From positions 10,312 through 74,311 of the forward strand of contig CAUWBF010000005.1 of the NCBI GenBank assembly GCA_963557785.1: a DNA stretch of 64,000 nt. Reading direction: 5' to 3'. The notes under the pieces are model-generated. The model had not been told where the DNA came from. It saw nothing but the letters and a program-made list of their open reading frames with translations, and ran no database searches. Shown here one piece after another: positions 1 to 9,669 of the stretch; position 1 is the stretch's first letter; each line of letters begins with the position of its first letter. Made by a program: the position numbers and the translations under genes. The DNA is from an uncultured Clostridia bacterium (GTDB lineage Bacteria > Bacillota > Clostridia > TANB77 > CAG-508).

Positions 1-383
1 GACATATCATTATGAATCCATGCAATCTTTTTTGTGTTTTTATTTTTTATACTAAATAGTCTAGTAATAGGTCCTTCTAAAAAAGCAATTTCTGTGTCAT
101 AATCGCCTTTAATATATTTTTTATATATACTTTTTTTACAGAATAATATTTTTATAGGAACTAATATTTTTTGCATTTTTGTTAGTTCATTATATGATTT
201 ATCATATAATGAACTAACTTTTATATTACCATTTAATGACTTTTCAAATTCTCCTTTACTATAAATTGTAAATATGGTAATTTCAAAATCTTCTTTTTCT
301 TGTAGTTTGTTTGATAAATCTACTAATACTCTTTCCGCTCCGCCTATAGTTAAACTAGTTATTCCAAAAAGTATCTTTTTCAT
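1..383 (-). CDS. Glycosyltransferase family 1 (GT4-like), N-terminal 127 aa only; gene runs off window start
   Basis: Minus-strand ORF starting ATG at 383 with SD aaggaaggg upstream. N-terminus MKKILFGITSLTIGGAERVLVDL is the typical GT1/GT4 N-terminal Rossmann motif. Truncated by the window edge. Confidence 0.6.
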   Translation of the reverse strand, partial: MKKILFGITSLTIGGAERVLVDLSNKLQEKEDFEITIFTIYSKGEFEKSLNGNIKVSSLYDKSYNELTKMQKILVPIKILFCKKSIYKKYIKGDYDTEIAFLEGPITRLFSIKNKNTKKIAWIHNDM

Positions 384-426
384 ATTAAACATTCCCTTCC
401 TTTTTTGTATCTTTAAAATTATATAT

Positions 427-1821
427 TTAAATCATTAATAATGAATTAATTACAATTTCAATCATCATAGTTGATGCGTTAAAGAATGTATATCCAGAAA
501 AGAATGATAGTGCAAATGTAAATCCGCTTCCTGCAAGTAACATTAAGTATTCGCTATCAATCTTTCTTATGTTCTTTATTGCCATATAAAATGCATATGC
601 AAACACTGCAAAGAAAGGTATAAAATATAGTATAAATCCTATAACTCCGAAATTAAATAAGAATGCTGGTACTTCCATTTCTAATACCATTTCATAAAAT
701 TGATTCATATATCCATTTCCAAATAATATGTATACTATATTTGATTGATTTTTAACCAATCTAAAATTATATATTAACTGTAAAGTTCTCATTTGTGTAT
801 GGCTTAAATCTTTTTCTTTTGCAATATTGTATAAATCTATAACAGATTGTTTTTCAGGTTCATTCATAAATCCTTCTTCTAATGTTCCATTTTCTATTTT
901 TGATTTAATTTTCATTAAATCTCCTGTTATATGAGCACCTTCATTTAATTCTTTATCAATAACCTTTATTTCTTCTTCCTCTAAGTATTTTCTTCTTTCT
1001 AGTGTATTTGATCCCACTAGAATTACTATTATTACTACTCCTAGAATTACAATAATTCCTCCAATTATTAGCTTTTTATCTATCTTTATTTTATTTAAAA
1101 AAGATATTATTATTTCAATTAATAAATATACTCCTAATACTAAAACAAACCCAAATAATCCAACTCTAGTTCCTATTAAAGTGGTTAAAAATACTCCTAT
1201 AGCTAATATAGTTCCAAGTGCAGTCCATCTGTATTTCTTATCTTTTACCATAGTTAATAATACAAATAGTGTTAATGTTAAAATTGCGCTTATACTATTT
1301 CCAGATTCAAACCATCCTTTAAATCCCATTCCTGTCTCCATATATGTTGCTGATGAAGTTCCTGTAAGTATTGCTATGTATATTGAAACTATATATATGA
1401 TACTAGAAATTAGTATACATTGTTTTAATTTATTCTTTTCTTTATCTTTAAAAATGTATATGTAAATAAATAAGTTAAGCACCATAAATGTGTAATTTAT
1501 TAAATATTGTAATTCATGTACAATTCCACTATATGAGCTTCCTGATTGTAATGTTTTAAATACTAATAAATGTGCTATAGCATATATTCCATAGATTGCT
1601 CCTGCTATAATTAGTTTTACTTTAAATTTATATTTAAAAAAGATGTATACAATTGAAATTATTGCAATTAATGGTCTTACTATTGTTGATGGTGAAATAC
1701 TAGTATTAAATATATTTCTAAATATAAAACTTGCCATATCTAAAATTGGACATAATATTATATAAATATATAGTAAAGTTTCTATATTAAAATTAATCTT
1801 ATTTTTCTTTTTTTCTTCCAT
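427..1821 (-). CDS. Polytopic membrane protein, O-antigen polymerase/ligase (Wzy/WaaL-like)
   Basis: 464 aa with about 10 or more predicted TM helices and a large extracytoplasmic loop. Embedded among glycosyltransferase genes. SD taggagt 4 nt before the ATG. Confidence 0.55.
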   Translation of the reverse strand: MEEKKKNKINFNIETLLYIYIILCPILDMASFIFRNIFNTSISPSTIVRPLIAIISIVYIFFKYKFKVKLIIAGAIYGIYAIAHLLVFKTLQSGSSYSGIVHELQYLINYTFMVLNLFIYIYIFKDKEKNKLKQCILISSIIYIVSIYIAILTGTSSATYMETGMGFKGWFESGNSISAILTLTLFVLLTMVKDKKYRWTALGTILAIGVFLTTLIGTRVGLFGFVLVLGVYLLIEIIISFLNKIKIDKKLIIGGIIVILGVVIIVILVGSNTLERRKYLEEEEIKVIDKELNEGAHITGDLMKIKSKIENGTLEEGFMNEPEKQSVIDLYNIAKEKDLSHTQMRTLQLIYNFRLVKNQSNIVYILFGNGYMNQFYEMVLEMEVPAFLFNFGVIGFILYFIPFFAVFAYAFYMAIKNIRKIDSEYLMLLAGSGFTFALSFFSGYTFFNASTMMIEIVINSLLMI

Positions 1822-1829
1822 TTTTACTC

Positions 1830-2789
1830 CTATTTTTTTATTCTAAAAATATTGCTATATATTTTATATGTAACCTTATTTACACTTCTCATATATAAAT
1901 TTTTTCCTAACTTTTCACTTTTTAATATCTTATTTTTCTTCCATTTTGGGAAATTTTTATTTAGTCTATCCCAAGTTTCATTAAGTGCTTTTTTTCTAAC
2001 CTCTTTATCATTAATTTTAACCATTCTTAAGAAAGAACTGCACAACAAATATCTTGCATAAACGTACTCTAATTCTTCTTTGTATTCATCATATATATTT
2101 TGTTCTTTATAGTATTTAATTACATTGTCTAACACATAGAATATTTCTTTTGTTCTTTCATTTTGTGAATTTGATAATGAATTATTTCTTTGAATATAAT
2201 GTATAAATGGTTTTTTAACGAAAGATATTTTATTTAAATGTGGATTTAATTTATAGAAAAATTCTACATCCTCATACTTATATCTTTTAGGAAATCTAAT
2301 ATTATATTTATCTACAATATCTTTTCTTATTAATTTATTCCAAGCAACCACTCTTGCTTTTACTAAAGCGTCATGTTTTCCTTGATATAAAACTCCTATA
2401 TCTTGTTTTGTTTTGTTAGGATATTCCCACCAAAAGTCACATTCTACCATATCACTATTTTCTTCTTGTGCTTTTTTTAGCATTTCTTCATACATATCTT
2501 TCTCTACATAATCATCCGAATCAACAAAAGCTATGTATTCTCCTTTTGCATATGGTATTCCATAATTTCTAGCATCACCTAATCCGCCATTTTCTTTTTC
2601 TAAATATACTATTTTTTCAGGATATTTTTCTGAATATTTTTTTGCTATATTTATAGAATTATCTTTTGATCCATCATTTACTAAAATTATTTCTATATCC
2701 TCTAAAGTTTGGTTTATAAGTGATTTTATACATTTTTCTATATAGTTTTCTACATTGTAAAATGGAACAATTACACTTACTTTGGGCAT
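1830..2789 (-). CDS. Glycosyltransferase family 2
   Basis: N-terminus VSVIVPFYNVENYIEKCIKSLINQT...IEIILVNDGSKDNS and DSDDY (DxD) are canonical GT2-A fold motifs. SD aaggag upstream. Confidence 0.85.
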   Translation of the reverse strand: MPKVSVIVPFYNVENYIEKCIKSLINQTLEDIEIILVNDGSKDNSINIAKKYSEKYPEKIVYLEKENGGLGDARNYGIPYAKGEYIAFVDSDDYVEKDMYEEMLKKAQEENSDMVECDFWWEYPNKTKQDIGVLYQGKHDALVKARVVAWNKLIRKDIVDKYNIRFPKRYKYEDVEFFYKLNPHLNKISFVKKPFIHYIQRNNSLSNSQNERTKEIFYVLDNVIKYYKEQNIYDEYKEELEYVYARYLLCSSFLRMVKINDKEVRKKALNETWDRLNKNFPKWKKNKILKSEKLGKNLYMRSVNKVTYKIYSNIFRIKK

Positions 2790-2799
2790 AATATTCTCC

Positions 2800-3744
2800 T
2801 TATCTCATCTTTAAATATAACTTAATATTTATATTTAATATTATTTTCTTAACCAACTGTTTAAAATTTCTCGCTTTTATGTTTTTTATCATTTTTCTTT
2901 TTTTAATTTGTTTAATATATTCTTTTTGGTCTTCTTTATTTAGTCTTTCAATTTTTAGTAATATTGTATTGGTACAAAAAAGTCTAACATTTTCTTTAGT
3001 ATAATTATCTATATCATAATCTTTTATTTCTGTATTTATATTATCATATTGTTCTAAACTATCATATGCCTTTTTTAATTCTTTTTTATATTCATTTCCA
3101 CGCATTATACTTGTCTTTGTTTGCACATAAAAATAGTTATATTTTTCTATTGAGACCATCGATTTTGCTTTTACTATAATTAGTGGTAATAGTCCAAAAT
3201 CTTCATGATAAGTATTTGTTGTAAATTTGAAATCATTTTCTTTAAAAATGCTTCTCTTTATTGCATATACCCATAAAGCATCTATAAACGTATCTTTTGA
3301 ATATAATTTATTAAATCCATTTTCTCCTGTCGTTTCTTCGAAAACTGGTCCATTAATTTTTGAAATTTCTTTTCCAGTTTCATCTACTAAAACGCCTTTC
3401 CATTTAATAAGTTCTATTCCGTTTTCTAAATATTCTGATATGTCTGTAAATATTGTGTCTTTAACATAATCATCTGAATCTACAAACACGATATAATCTC
3501 CACTTGCTTTTTTTATACCATAGTTTCTAGTATCTGCAACTCCAGAGTTTTCTTTTGAGAAATATTTTATTCTATCATCTGTTTTTGTATATTCCAATAT
3601 TATTTGTTCAGAATTATCTTCTGAGCCATCATTTATTAGTATAATTTCATAATTTGAATATTTTTGATTTAATATTGAATTTATACATCTTTTTATAGTA
3701 TTTTCTGCATTATATACAGGAATTATAATACTTATTTTTGGCAT
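2800..3744 (-). CDS. Glycosyltransferase family 2
   Basis: ISIIIPVYNAENTIKRCINSILNQ...EIILINDGSEDNS and VDSDDY motifs. Tandem with the previous GT2. Confidence 0.85.
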   Translation of the reverse strand: MPKISIIIPVYNAENTIKRCINSILNQKYSNYEIILINDGSEDNSEQIILEYTKTDDRIKYFSKENSGVADTRNYGIKKASGDYIVFVDSDDYVKDTIFTDISEYLENGIELIKWKGVLVDETGKEISKINGPVFEETTGENGFNKLYSKDTFIDALWVYAIKRSIFKENDFKFTTNTYHEDFGLLPLIIVKAKSMVSIEKYNYFYVQTKTSIMRGNEYKKELKKAYDSLEQYDNINTEIKDYDIDNYTKENVRLFCTNTILLKIERLNKEDQKEYIKQIKKRKMIKNIKARNFKQLVKKIILNINIKLYLKMR

Positions 3745-3761
3745 AGTCTTTCCTCTCTTAT

Positions 3762-5315
3762 TTAAAGTATTGTTTCTAATTCTTTTAAAATTTCTTGATT
3801 ATATTTTTCTGGTGAAAATTCTTTTTGTATTTTATATCCTTTTTCTATAAACTCTTTCATCGCATTATATATTTCTTCAGTATTTTTATTTGTTACTATT
3901 CCATATTTATTTTCTATATCTTCTCTACTATCTGATATATCTGTTGTAATTATTGGTAATCCTAATATTTGCGCTTCTATAAAAACTACAGGATATCCCT
4001 CATATTCTGATGACAATAACAAACAATCACTTATATTAAAATATGGATAAGGATTTTTCTGTGCTCCTAAAAATATAATATACTCTTCTAATTTTTTTTC
4101 TTTAACCATTTCTTCGTATTTCTCTTTATCTGGCCCATCTCCTACGAAAAGTACCTTACATTTTATATTATCCTTTTTTAATTTTTCTACTGCTTCTATT
4201 ATTCTAGATAATCTTTTTTGTTTTTCGTCGTGCCTTCCAACATTTATAAAAGTAACTTCGTTATATTTTTCAAAATCTATTTGTTCTTTAGCTTTTTTTA
4301 TTATTGATTTATAATCTATTAAATTATTAAATACTCGTAGTTTTTCTTTCAGTTCTGGAAAATATTCTTCAAAATTATTTTTATCAAAGTTTGATACAAA
4401 TACTATATTTTTAAATTCTGCTGCTTTTATATTATTAAAAAATTCTTTATATTTTTCTATATCTCTTTCATAAAAATCTAAATAATTATTGTGCACCCAT
4501 AATGCATTATTTTTGCTTGCTGTTCTAGCTACAAATGAATCTGCTAAGCTATATGTTGCAAAGTCTACTGCAAAATCAAATTTATTTTTATATTTAATAG
4601 TAAATCTGATCCTTTTTAATAAATTTGCTATTTTTCTAAATAATATAAATTTATTTTCACTCGGAGTATATGTAATTGTTTTTACACTCTTGTCTAATTT
4701 TTCTAAAAATATTCCTTCTTTCTTTTCTAAAACAAGAGTAATATCATATCTTTCAGTTTTTGCTAAGTAATTTATTAGAGTTAAAAGTGCTGTTTCTATT
4801 CCTCCTACATCTAAAGAATAGGCTGCAAATAATATTTTCTTTTTTTCTATAAAGTTTGATATTATTTCTATTATTTTGCCTTTAGAAGCTTCAAATTTTA
4901 CTGGTTCAAAACTATCTATATCTCTTATTGCTTTGTCTAATTCTTCAACTTCTTCAATTCCTTTTATATATCCTTGTTCATCAAATGTTTTTATTATTTG
5001 TAATTGATGATCATTAACATGTTCTTCATATTTATGAAGTCTTGGAACTGCAATTACTTTCTTATTTTGTTTTATACAATCTACAATAGAACCAACTCCA
5101 CCATGTGTAATTATGAAACTTGCTTCTTTTTCTAATTCCTTTAGTTTTTTTGCTGAAATTATATCAAAAATTTGCATATTTTTTGATTCAAATTTTGTAT
5201 TTCCTGCTTGAACAATAACTTCTTCTTTTATTATTCCTTCATCTATACATTTTTGAATTTTTTCTAATAATCTATGAAAACTATTATTTTGAGTTCCTAA
5301 TAATACTAAAATCAT
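3762..5315 (-). CDS. Bifunctional glycosyltransferase: N-terminal Alg13-like (GT28 C-terminal domain) fused to a GT1/GT4 C-terminal domain
   Basis: N-terminal about 150 aa (ITHGGVGSIVDC...VIAVPR...HQ) matches the MurG-C/Alg13/EpsF fold. C-terminal half carries the GT4 EX7E-like motif (SEYEGYPVVFIEAQILGLPIITTD). Start overlaps the stop of the Alg14-like gene. Confidence 0.7.
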   Translation of the reverse strand: MILVLLGTQNNSFHRLLEKIQKCIDEGIIKEEVIVQAGNTKFESKNMQIFDIISAKKLKELEKEASFIITHGGVGSIVDCIKQNKKVIAVPRLHKYEEHVNDHQLQIIKTFDEQGYIKGIEEVEELDKAIRDIDSFEPVKFEASKGKIIEIISNFIEKKKILFAAYSLDVGGIETALLTLINYLAKTERYDITLVLEKKEGIFLEKLDKSVKTITYTPSENKFILFRKIANLLKRIRFTIKYKNKFDFAVDFATYSLADSFVARTASKNNALWVHNNYLDFYERDIEKYKEFFNNIKAAEFKNIVFVSNFDKNNFEEYFPELKEKLRVFNNLIDYKSIIKKAKEQIDFEKYNEVTFINVGRHDEKQKRLSRIIEAVEKLKKDNIKCKVLFVGDGPDKEKYEEMVKEKKLEEYIIFLGAQKNPYPYFNISDCLLLSSEYEGYPVVFIEAQILGLPIITTDISDSREDIENKYGIVTNKNTEEIYNAMKEFIEKGYKIQKEFSPEKYNQEILKELETIL

Positions 5316-5785
5316 TAATAAATTGAGCCCCCTAACACTGCCTTAGGATATACCTCAAGCATTTCTTTCCATTGAACAATGAATACATCTGCTATTGGAT
5401 ATATTAGTCTGCCAGTAGCTGTTTTTGTATTTTTGTTTGCGAAAGTCTCTATGTATATTATTTTGCTTCCAAATATTTTCCCTAAATAACACATTGGACC
5501 TGCTGTATGTGTTCCTGTTGTTACAATATATTTGGGTCTATATTTAAAATATAAAAATATTGTTTTGAAGCAATTGTATATAAACTGAAAAAAATATTTA
5601 AATAAATGGCTTCTAGTACCATAGGCTAAATATGATATTTTATCTTTATATTCTTCTTTAAAAGATTCTGTCATTTTATCTTTTTCTGTTACTATATGAT
5701 AATCATATCTATCGAATAATGGTTTTAATTGCATAAGCTCATTAAAATGTCCACCCGTACTAGATATAAACATTACTTTTTTCAT
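5315..5785 (-). CDS. Alg14-like oligosaccharide biosynthesis protein (MurG N-terminal-like, Cps14F/EpsE family)
   Basis: 156 aa with FISSTGGHFNEL glycine-rich motif as in MurG N-domain/Alg14. Directly upstream of and translationally coupled to the Alg13-like gene. SD ggagg upstream. Confidence 0.65.
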   Translation of the reverse strand: MKKVMFISSTGGHFNELMQLKPLFDRYDYHIVTEKDKMTESFKEEYKDKISYLAYGTRSHLFKYFFQFIYNCFKTIFLYFKYRPKYIVTTGTHTAGPMCYLGKIFGSKIIYIETFANKNTKTATGRLIYPIADVFIVQWKEMLEVYPKAVLGGSIY

Positions 5786-5879
5786 CTTATTCCTCCAATT
5801 TTTTCTATGTTTATATAATATACTAATATTTGCTTTTTTTCAATATTTTCTAAGCTAAAACAGTATTTATACATAAAAA

Positions 5880-5916
5880 AATATGGTCTTATGTATAAAA
5901 TGCATAAGACCATATT
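5880..5916 (-). terminator. Rho-independent terminator after the AMP-ligase gene (13-bp stem atatggtcttatg/cataagaccatat flanked by A7 and T7)
   Basis: Perfect inverted repeat with about 9-nt loop, T-run on both strands. Lies directly downstream of the stop at 5920. Confidence 0.7.
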
Positions 5917-5919
5917 TTT

Positions 5920-7782
5920 TTATTTGTTTTCTTCTTGTTTTTCTTTATCCTTTTTTAATTCTGCATATCTTTTTATTTTCATTGTTGTAGTTTTTTCAAA
6001 TTCATCTTTTTTTATTTCTAAGTTCTTGATTGCTTTGTATGAAGTTAATTGTTTATTAACTTTCTTTATTTCATCCCATATTATTTTATGTATTTCTTCA
6101 TCAGATAAGTTTTCACCATGTTTTTCTAATTCTTCCTTATTTGGTATAACTTTAGCTGAAATAATTAATTCTTTTTCTCCTTCAACTTCTTTTCCATATA
6201 CCATGCATTCTTCTATTTCAGGAATTTTTCCTAACATTATTTCTATTTCTTCTGGATAAATATTTTTTCCATTTTGAGTTACTATAACATTCTTACTTCT
6301 TCCTGTTATAAATAAGAATCCATCTTTATCCATATATGCTATATCTCCTGAATTAAACCATCCATCATGCATAACCTCATTTGTTGCTTCTTCATCTTCA
6401 TAATATCCTAACATTACAGTATCACCTTTAATCCAAACTTCTCCTTCTCCTTTTTCATTTGGATTATGAATCATTATTTCATCTCCTACAACTGCTTTAC
6501 CAGCTGATCCTACTCTTGGATCAAAATCTGGTGTTAGAGCTGCTATAGGTGCTGTTTCTGTTAGTCCATATCCTTGTAAGAACATTATTCCTATATCTTG
6601 TACCCATTTTCCTACTTTTGGGTCTATTGGTGCTGCCGCTGAAACTATTATTCTTATATTTCCACCTAAATTATCATATATTTCTTTAAATACTTTTTTC
6701 TTAATATCTACTCCAACTGTTTTTAAAGCATTTGTTACATGTATCATAGAATTAACAAGACCTGATTTTCCACTCTTCTTTATTGATGCATTTATCTTTT
6801 TATGTAAGTTTTCGACTAGTAATGGAACTGCAAGCATAGCTGTTGGATGTGTCTCTTGTAAGTTTGGTACAATATATTTTAATCCTTCGCATATTGCTAT
6901 TGATGATCCTCTTGCCATTGGTAATAAAAACCCTATTGTAGATTCATATGTATGGTGTAATGGTAACACTGAGAAAAATCTATCTGATGGATAAATTTTT
7001 ACATATGGATTTACAGCATTTATATTTGCAGCTAAGTTTTTATTAGATATCATAACTCCTTTTGATTTTGAAGTTGTACCAGATGTAAATATTAATACTT
7101 TAAATTCTTCTGGAACAATATTTATTTTTAAGTAGCTATCATCACCATTTTCTACTAGTTTTTTACCTTCTTCTAATATTTTATTAAATCCAACATCTCT
7201 TCCTTTAACTTCGTCATTAGAATACATTTTAATAAAATATTTTACCATTGGTATACTATCTTTAATTTTATTTATTTCGTCTTCTTTTTTAGCTGAATAT
7301 ATAACAGCTGTTGCTCTAGACCTATTTATTACATTTTCTATTTCGTTTACAGGTAATTCTTTGTCTATAGGCACTGCTATTCCAGCTCCACAAAGAAGAG
7401 CTATATAAGATACATACCAGTCATATGTTGTTTCACTTATAATTATTATACGTTCATCTTTTAAATTTAGATAATTTGTAAGACCTGTTCCAAAATTAAT
7501 CACATCTTCTTTAAATTGTCCGTATGATATTTCTGTATATTTACCTTTATGGTCATATTTTTCTAATACAAATTCTTTATCTTTATATTTTTCAGTTGAT
7601 TCTAAAAATATCTCTTTTATTGTTTGATAATTAGTTCCTGGGTAATTCTTTTTAGAAGCTTTATCATTTACTTTTTCCATTTTTTCATAATCTAATTTTA
7701 CTTCTTCTATTTCTTCTATTCCCTTCATTTTCATTTTTGGAAATTTAAAATTTGGTACCTTAAAATCCTTTAACATACTCAT
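5920..7782 (-). CDS. AMP-dependent synthetase/ligase (long-chain fatty acid--CoA ligase, FadD-like)
   Basis: 620 aa. AMP-binding signature FTSGTTSKSKGVM, later GYGLTET and GWFNSGD...KDGFLFITGRSKNVI motifs typical of the acyl-CoA synthetase family. Confidence 0.85.
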   Translation of the reverse strand: MSMLKDFKVPNFKFPKMKMKGIEEIEEVKLDYEKMEKVNDKASKKNYPGTNYQTIKEIFLESTEKYKDKEFVLEKYDHKGKYTEISYGQFKEDVINFGTGLTNYLNLKDERIIIISETTYDWYVSYIALLCGAGIAVPIDKELPVNEIENVINRSRATAVIYSAKKEDEINKIKDSIPMVKYFIKMYSNDEVKGRDVGFNKILEEGKKLVENGDDSYLKINIVPEEFKVLIFTSGTTSKSKGVMISNKNLAANINAVNPYVKIYPSDRFFSVLPLHHTYESTIGFLLPMARGSSIAICEGLKYIVPNLQETHPTAMLAVPLLVENLHKKINASIKKSGKSGLVNSMIHVTNALKTVGVDIKKKVFKEIYDNLGGNIRIIVSAAAPIDPKVGKWVQDIGIMFLQGYGLTETAPIAALTPDFDPRVGSAGKAVVGDEIMIHNPNEKGEGEVWIKGDTVMLGYYEDEEATNEVMHDGWFNSGDIAYMDKDGFLFITGRSKNVIVTQNGKNIYPEEIEIMLGKIPEIEECMVYGKEVEGEKELIISAKVIPNKEELEKHGENLSDEEIHKIIWDEIKKVNKQLTSYKAIKNLEIKKDEFEKTTTMKIKRYAELKKDKEKQEENK

Positions 7783-7948
7783 ATTAAAACTACCTCTCCT
7801 CTTATTTTTAATACTATTATATTATGTCATATTATTTTTAAAAAGTAAATATTTTCAAAATTTCTGACTATACAGTATAATTTTATTGTTTTTCATTTTT
7901 ATGTATGTTAAAATTCAAATGTTTTATATATAAGGAGATGAATATTTT

Positions 7949-8680
7949 ATGTCTTTTTTTGAACATGATTTTAGTGTAGGTTTTAGAGATACTGGTAAAT
8001 CGAATACTCTAACTAATAAAGCTTTTTTATCTTTTATGGAAGATGCTGGTGGTTTGCATTCTGAAAGTGCTGGTTTTGGAATGAACGAAATTAAAACTAC
8101 AAATTTATCTTGGATTCTTTTAGGATGGAAATTAAAAGTTTTAAGTAGACCTATTTACGGCACTAAGTTAAAGGTCATCACTTGGGGACGTGAATTTTCA
8201 AAAGTTCATGCTTTTCGTGATTTTGAAGTATATGATGATAAAAATAATTTAATTGCAATAGCAACTTCAAAATGGCTACTATTTAATATAAAAGAAAATA
8301 AGATAGCTAGAATTACACCAGAAATTATAGAGTCTTATAGTATAGAAAAAAAATCTGTTTTTCCTTTAGATAAAGTTAACTTTTCTATTGAAAATGAGCC
8401 AAATAATGTATTAAATACTTTTGATTACACTATTTTAAGAAATAATATTGATATTAATAATCATATGCATAATTTATGTTATTTAGATATAGCATATGAA
8501 GCTCTACCTGAAGACGTTTATAGAAATACAAATTTCGATAATGTTGAAATCATTTATAAAAAAGAATGTTCTTTATATGATAAAATTAAATGTGAATATT
8601 ATTTTGACAACAATATTCACTATATATATATTAAAAGTTTAGATAATTCAGTTCTTCATGCAGTTATTAAATTATATTAA
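7949..8680 (+). CDS. Acyl-ACP thioesterase (FatA/FatB-like)
   Basis: 243 aa on the plus strand (rare in this window). N-terminal hot-dog domain pattern F..DF.VGFRDTG......FLSFMEDAG.LHSE typical of PF01643. SD aaggag 8 nt before ATG. Confidence 0.7.
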   Translation: MSFFEHDFSVGFRDTGKSNTLTNKAFLSFMEDAGGLHSESAGFGMNEIKTTNLSWILLGWKLKVLSRPIYGTKLKVITWGREFSKVHAFRDFEVYDDKNNLIAIATSKWLLFNIKENKIARITPEIIESYSIEKKSVFPLDKVNFSIENEPNNVLNTFDYTILRNNIDINNHMHNLCYLDIAYEALPEDVYRNTNFDNVEIIYKKECSLYDKIKCEYYFDNNIHYIYIKSLDNSVLHAVIKLY

Positions 8681-8683
8681 TTA

Positions 8684-8714
8684 AAAAATCTCAGAATAAA
8701 TTCATTCTGAGATT
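8684..8714. terminator. Bidirectional terminator (tctcagaat-aaattc-attctgaga) between convergent thioesterase and deacetylase genes
   Basis: 9-bp perfect stem flanked by A-run and T-run. Between convergent stops at 8680 and 8718. Confidence 0.7.
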
Positions 8715-8717
8715 TTT

Positions 8718-9578
8718 CTATTTTATAACATCATAAAAATTTTTAAAACTATAGCCTTGTTCTCTTAAATAAGCTATTACTTCTGGTAACATTTCATAAG
8801 TTAATGTTTTATCTCCTGCATCATGCATTAAGATTACAACAGTTTGTTTGTTTCCTATCGTTTCTTTTAAATACTGCATCATTTCTTCTCTTGTCTTTTT
8901 ACCTTCTGAATCTCCATTTAATGCATTCCAGTCAACATATAATATATTATTTTCATTTAATACATTTATTGTTTCATTTTTTATATCTCTATATCTTCCA
9001 CCCTTTGAACCTCCTGGAAATCTGAACAAATGAGAACTATAATTTTGATCTCCTATTGCATTTTTTATAAGTTGTTCCGTTTTATTATATTCATCTAAAA
9101 CAGCATTTGTGCTTGAATATATACTACTATAATTATGTGAATATCCATGGTTTGCAACATAATGTCCTTCTTTGTATTCTCTTTCTACTATTTCAGGATA
9201 GAATTCTATTCTACTACCTAATGTGAAAAATGTTGCTTTTATATTTTCTTGTTTTAATAAATCTAAAATAGGTATTGTAACTTTTTTAGATGGTCCATCA
9301 TCAAACGTTAAAAATACTCTTTTTTCTTCTGAGGAATATAAATTATTCATTCTATTTTTTATCTCATCAGTTATTTCGATATTTCTATTAAAATTGTATA
9401 CATGTTCTGCTGCTTGCTTTTCTGATATTTTACTTATATTATTTTTAGAATTTCTATTAACATGTACAATAAAAAAAGTAAGGCTTAAAAGTATTACTAT
9501 AGCTAGTAATACTAAAGATACAATAAATATTTTATTTTTATACCATTTTTGTTTTACAACAATTAAATCATATGCCAT
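8718..9578 (-). CDS. Polysaccharide deacetylase (NodB homology domain, CE4), membrane anchored
   Basis: N-terminal TM helix, then FLTFDDGP and ANHGYSH motifs of CE4 deacetylases. Confidence 0.85.
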   Translation of the reverse strand: MAYDLIVVKQKWYKNKIFIVSLVLLAIVILLSLTFFIVHVNRNSKNNISKISEKQAAEHVYNFNRNIEITDEIKNRMNNLYSSEEKRVFLTFDDGPSKKVTIPILDLLKQENIKATFFTLGSRIEFYPEIVEREYKEGHYVANHGYSHNYSSIYSSTNAVLDEYNKTEQLIKNAIGDQNYSSHLFRFPGGSKGGRYRDIKNETINVLNENNILYVDWNALNGDSEGKKTREEMMQYLKETIGNKQTVVILMHDAGDKTLTYEMLPEVIAYLREQGYSFKNFYDVIK

Positions 9579-9669
9579 TTATTTATCACCTTTTACTTTT
9601 GCTATAATTATACACTATTTTGTAGAATTTTGGTAGTGCATAAGCATAAAGATTATCTAAAATTTGTTA

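Noticed and set aside
1181-6259. Plus-strand ORFs of 60-120 aa (1181-1465, 1852-2061, 3227-3469, 4489-4770, 5891-6259) inside the minus-strand glycan and AMP-ligase genes
   Set aside because: They are fully antisense to well-supported genes and have low-complexity Phe/Leu/Ile-rich translations, as expected from an AT-rich antisense strand. No SD sequences.
7840-7860. Short palindrome TATACaGTATA in the divergent fadD/thioesterase promoter region
   Set aside because: Only a 5-1-5 dyad in very AT-rich DNA, so it is expected by chance. It was noted as a possible FapR/FabT-like site but there is no supporting consensus match.
8804-9636. Plus-strand ORFs 8804-9025, 8848-9033 and 9223-9636 antisense to the polysaccharide deacetylase gene
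   Set aside because: They overlap a gene with clear CE4 motifs and have hydrophobic junk translations.
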